Positions 61,266-64,000 of a DNA stretch of 64,000 nucleotides are shown here, in pieces. Below the pieces are notes generated by a model, which was not told where the DNA came from, ran no database searches, and saw only the letters and a program-made list of their open reading frames with translations. Within the stretch, counting starts at the first letter, position 1; each line of letters starts with the position of its first letter. The stretch covers positions 2,042 to 66,041 of the forward strand of contig JARRCM010000009.1 of NCBI GenBank assembly GCA_029982205.1, in the 5' to 3' direction. Made by a program: the position numbers and the translations under genes. Origin of the DNA: Thermosediminibacterales bacterium (lineage in GTDB: Bacteria; Bacillota; Thermosediminibacteria; Koleobacterales; JARRCM01).

Positions 61266-64000
61266 TTATACTATAGTTGCTTTCGTCTGGAAAGATTTAA
61301 GGTCTTCCAATATCTTCTCTACCCTCTGCGCTAATTCATAATTTTGGGCTCCTTTCGTTTTAAAAACAAAATACGGTGGTGTCTTTGCTGTGAAAACTAA
61401 TCTTCGGGAATAACGGTTTATAAGTTTTAACACTGTTTCCCTGGCAATAGATTTGTCTTTCTCAAAAGTTAAGGTTACGTTTTCTCCTTTTTGTATAACC
61501 GAAGCTATCCCTGTTTCACGCGCATATATTTTAATTCGAGAAAACGCCAAGAGATTACGGGCTGCTTCAGGTATATCACCAAACCTGTCTTCCATTTCTT
61601 CTTCTATGTCATTTACTTCAGCAATAGTTTCACTGTTGGCTATTCTTTTATAAAACTCCACTTTATATGCAGGTTTTATATATTCATCACTGATATAAGC
61701 ATCTATTTTCAAATCTATTACAGGTTCTGTAGAAACCGCATCTTGTTTTTCTTTACCTTTCAGCTCTGCCACTGTCTCTTCAAGCATACGACAGTAAAGT
61801 TCAAACCCCACAGCAACCATATGCCCATGCTGTTGTGCTCCTAAAATGTTGCCAGCGCCACGAATTTCCAAGTCCCTAAGAGCAATTTTAAATCCTGAAC
61901 CAAACTCGGTAAACTCTTTAATGGCTGCAAGCCTCTTCTCGGCGATTTCGGACAATACCTTGTCTTTATTATATGTTATATATGCATAAGCAAACCGATT
62001 CGAACGGCCAACCCTACCCCTTAACTGATAAAGCTGAGATAAGCCAAGCTTATCCGCGGAAGTGACAATAAGTGTGTTTACATTAGGTATGTCCAGGCCG
62101 TTTTCAATGATTATCGTACATAACAACACATCATATTCACCCAGGTAAAAACCCATCATTACTTTTTCCAGCTGCCTTTCACTCATCTGACCGTGTGCAA
62201 CGGCTATCCTTATTCCGGGCAGCAGTTCTCTTAATCTGGCAGCTTCTTTTTCTATTGTTTCAACATGGTTATAAACATAGTATACCTGGCCTCCCCGTGC
62301 AACCTCCCGCATAACAGCATCCCTAATCAGGGCATCGCTCTGTTCTACAACGTAAGTCTGTACAGGGTACCTGTCTTCGGGAGGGGTATCGATTATACTT
62401 ATATCCCTTGCCCCGGAAAGTGACATGTATAAGGTGCGGGGTATTGGAGTTGCTGTCATTGTCAGCACATCTATGTTTTTTTTCATTTGTTTAAGCTTTT
62501 CTTTATGTGCAACTCCAAAACGCTGTTCTTCATCAATAACCAGCAGGCCTAAGTCTTTAAACTTTATATCTTTTTGAATCAGCCTATGGGTACCGATGAT
62601 AATATCAACATTCCCTTCTCGAATTCCTTGAATTATTTTCTTCTGTTCTTTTGGGCTTTTAAAACGGCTTAAGACTTCTACATTGACAGGGAAAGGCGAA
62701 AATCTCTCCTTGAAAGTGTTAAAATGCTGTTGAGCAAGAATTGTGGTTGCAACAAGTACTGCCACCTGTTTTCCGTCCATAACCGCCTTAAACGCTGCCC
62801 TGAGTGCCACTTCGGTCTTTCCATAACCTACATCCCCGCACAAAAGGCGGTCCATGGGTTTGGGACTTTCCATGTCTCTTTTTACTTCTTCGATAGCCTT
62901 CAGCTGATCTGGGGTTTCTTCATATGGAAAAAGGTCTTCAAACTCCTTTTGCCACGGTGTGTCGGGTGAGAAAGCAAAGCCTTTTGATGCTTCTCGTTCT
63001 GCATATAAAAGCAAAAGTTCCTGAGTCATTTCACGTATAGAAGATTTTACGCGGTTCTTTATCCTTTTCCATTCACTGCCCCCTAACTTGTTCAACTTTG
63101 GAGGCTTGTTTTCAGTTCCCACATATTTTTGGATAACTGACATTTGTTCTATAGGAATGTAAAGCCTGTCGCCTCCGGCATAATAAAGCTCTAAATAATC
63201 CCGATAATTCCCATCGACTTCCAGTTTCTTGACCCCAACATATTTTCCTATTCCGTGAGTTGCATGAACTACATAATCTCCAACATTCAAGTCGGCAAAA
63301 GTAGTAATACTGAGACTTGTTTCCTTTTTTGTTTTTAAAACACGTTTCTTTTTAGGCTTGCCAAATATCTCCCAATCTGAAACCAAAACAAGTTTTATTT
63401 CAGGGAACTCAAAACCTTTAGATAAACTGCCTTCTGTTATTGTTACTTGACCTGCAGGAATTTCTTTAAGAGGCCTCTGCTTAAAAAAGGAGTTTATCCC
63501 CGCCTCCTGTAGAGTTTCTGCCAATCTATTGCCGCGGGAATCCGTGCCTGAAAGCAAAACAACCTGATAAGATTTTCGTAACCATTCTGTAAGCTCTTCT
63601 TTCAACAGAGCTAGTTTTCCATGGAAACTGTGCATAGTCTTTATGGGAAAAGAAATCCTCTCAAAAACCGGCAATTCTTGAATAACTTTAGGTAATAATG
63701 AAACCTGGATATTAATGTATTTTTTAAGGTGTTCGAAAAAATCTTTAAAGGAATAGTATATATTAAACTGTGATGACAGTATTTCACCTCTTTGAAGAAG
63801 GTCTTTATATATTTCCTGATTTTCAAAATCGTATGATTCAACTGCCTCTTTCAGTTTGCCGGGCTCGTCAACTACTACTAAAGGCTCATCAGAGAAGTAT
63901 TCCAACAGCGTTGTTAACTTTTTATAAAAATAAGAAACATAAAGTTCGATGCCTTCAAAATATTTGAATTCTTCAAGTTGTTCTAGGTGCGACCTGACTT
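61266..64000 (-). CDS. mfd: Transcription-repair coupling factor (partial, starts beyond right edge)
   Basis: CarD-like RID, GDVGYGKT, DEEQRFG, TATPIP, QLRGRVGR, TRCF domain; frame open to window end. Confidence 0.98.
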   Translation of the reverse strand, partial: VRSHLEQLEEFKYFEGIELYVSYFYKKLTTLLEYFSDEPLVVVDEPGKLKEAVESYDFENQEIYKDLLQRGEILSSQFNIYYSFKDFFEHLKKYINIQVSLLPKVIQELPVFERISFPIKTMHSFHGKLALLKEELTEWLRKSYQVVLLSGTDSRGNRLAETLQEAGINSFFKQRPLKEIPAGQVTITEGSLSKGFEFPEIKLVLVSDWEIFGKPKKKRVLKTKKETSLSITTFADLNVGDYVVHATHGIGKYVGVKKLEVDGNYRDYLELYYAGGDRLYIPIEQMSVIQKYVGTENKPPKLNKLGGSEWKRIKNRVKSSIREMTQELLLLYAEREASKGFAFSPDTPWQKEFEDLFPYEETPDQLKAIEEVKRDMESPKPMDRLLCGDVGYGKTEVALRAAFKAVMDGKQVAVLVATTILAQQHFNTFKERFSPFPVNVEVLSRFKSPKEQKKIIQGIREGNVDIIIGTHRLIQKDIKFKDLGLLVIDEEQRFGVAHKEKLKQMKKNIDVLTMTATPIPRTLYMSLSGARDISIIDTPPEDRYPVQTYVVEQSDALIRDAVMREVARGGQVYYVYNHVETIEKEAARLRELLPGIRIAVAHGQMSERQLEKVMMGFYLGEYDVLLCTIIIENGLDIPNVNTLIVTSADKLGLSQLYQLRGRVGRSNRFAYAYITYNKDKVLSEIAEKRLAAIKEFTEFGSGFKIALRDLEIRGAGNILGAQQHGHMVAVGFELYCRMLEETVAELKGKEKQDAVSTEPVIDLKIDAYISDEYIKPAYKVEFYKRIANSETIAEVNDIEEEMEDRFGDIPEAARNLLAFSRIKIYARETGIASVIQKGENVTLTFEKDKSIARETVLKLINRYSRRLVFTAKTPPYFVFKTKGAQNYELAQRVEKILEDLKSFQTKATIV

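Overview
Window from a low-GC, spore-forming anaerobic Firmicute (Clostridia-like; taxonomy inferred from gene content). Almost all genes lie on the minus strand. The right half is the conserved near-origin block mfd-prsA-spoVT-yabM-yabN(mazG)-hup-yabPQ-divIC-yabR-ppx-2 tRNA-Met-spoIIE-yabS-yabT-tilS-hpt-ftsH. Further left are folE/folP/folK, glnR/glnA, mutase/epimerase, panT-coaX-dusB and greA-lysS. Accessory blocks are a sigma54-driven acyl-CoA dehydrogenase/EtfAB/family III CoA-transferase operon, tupABC under a Moco/Tuco-type RNA with a terminator, an nrdD-nrdG-nrdJ operon, and a LacI-controlled TRAP + cupin + Zn-ADH + two atypical flavoenzyme catabolic locus. The most notable feature is an AT-rich two-gene cassette (PLD nuclease fused to a DpnI-type winged helix, plus an 84-aa unknown protein). 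It sits between the NrdR-boxed promoter and nrdD, so a probable modification-dependent restriction module would be the first cistron of a dNTP-sensing ribonucleotide reductase operon. No CRISPR array, transposase or integrase was seen. All family calls come from motif recognition without database searches.
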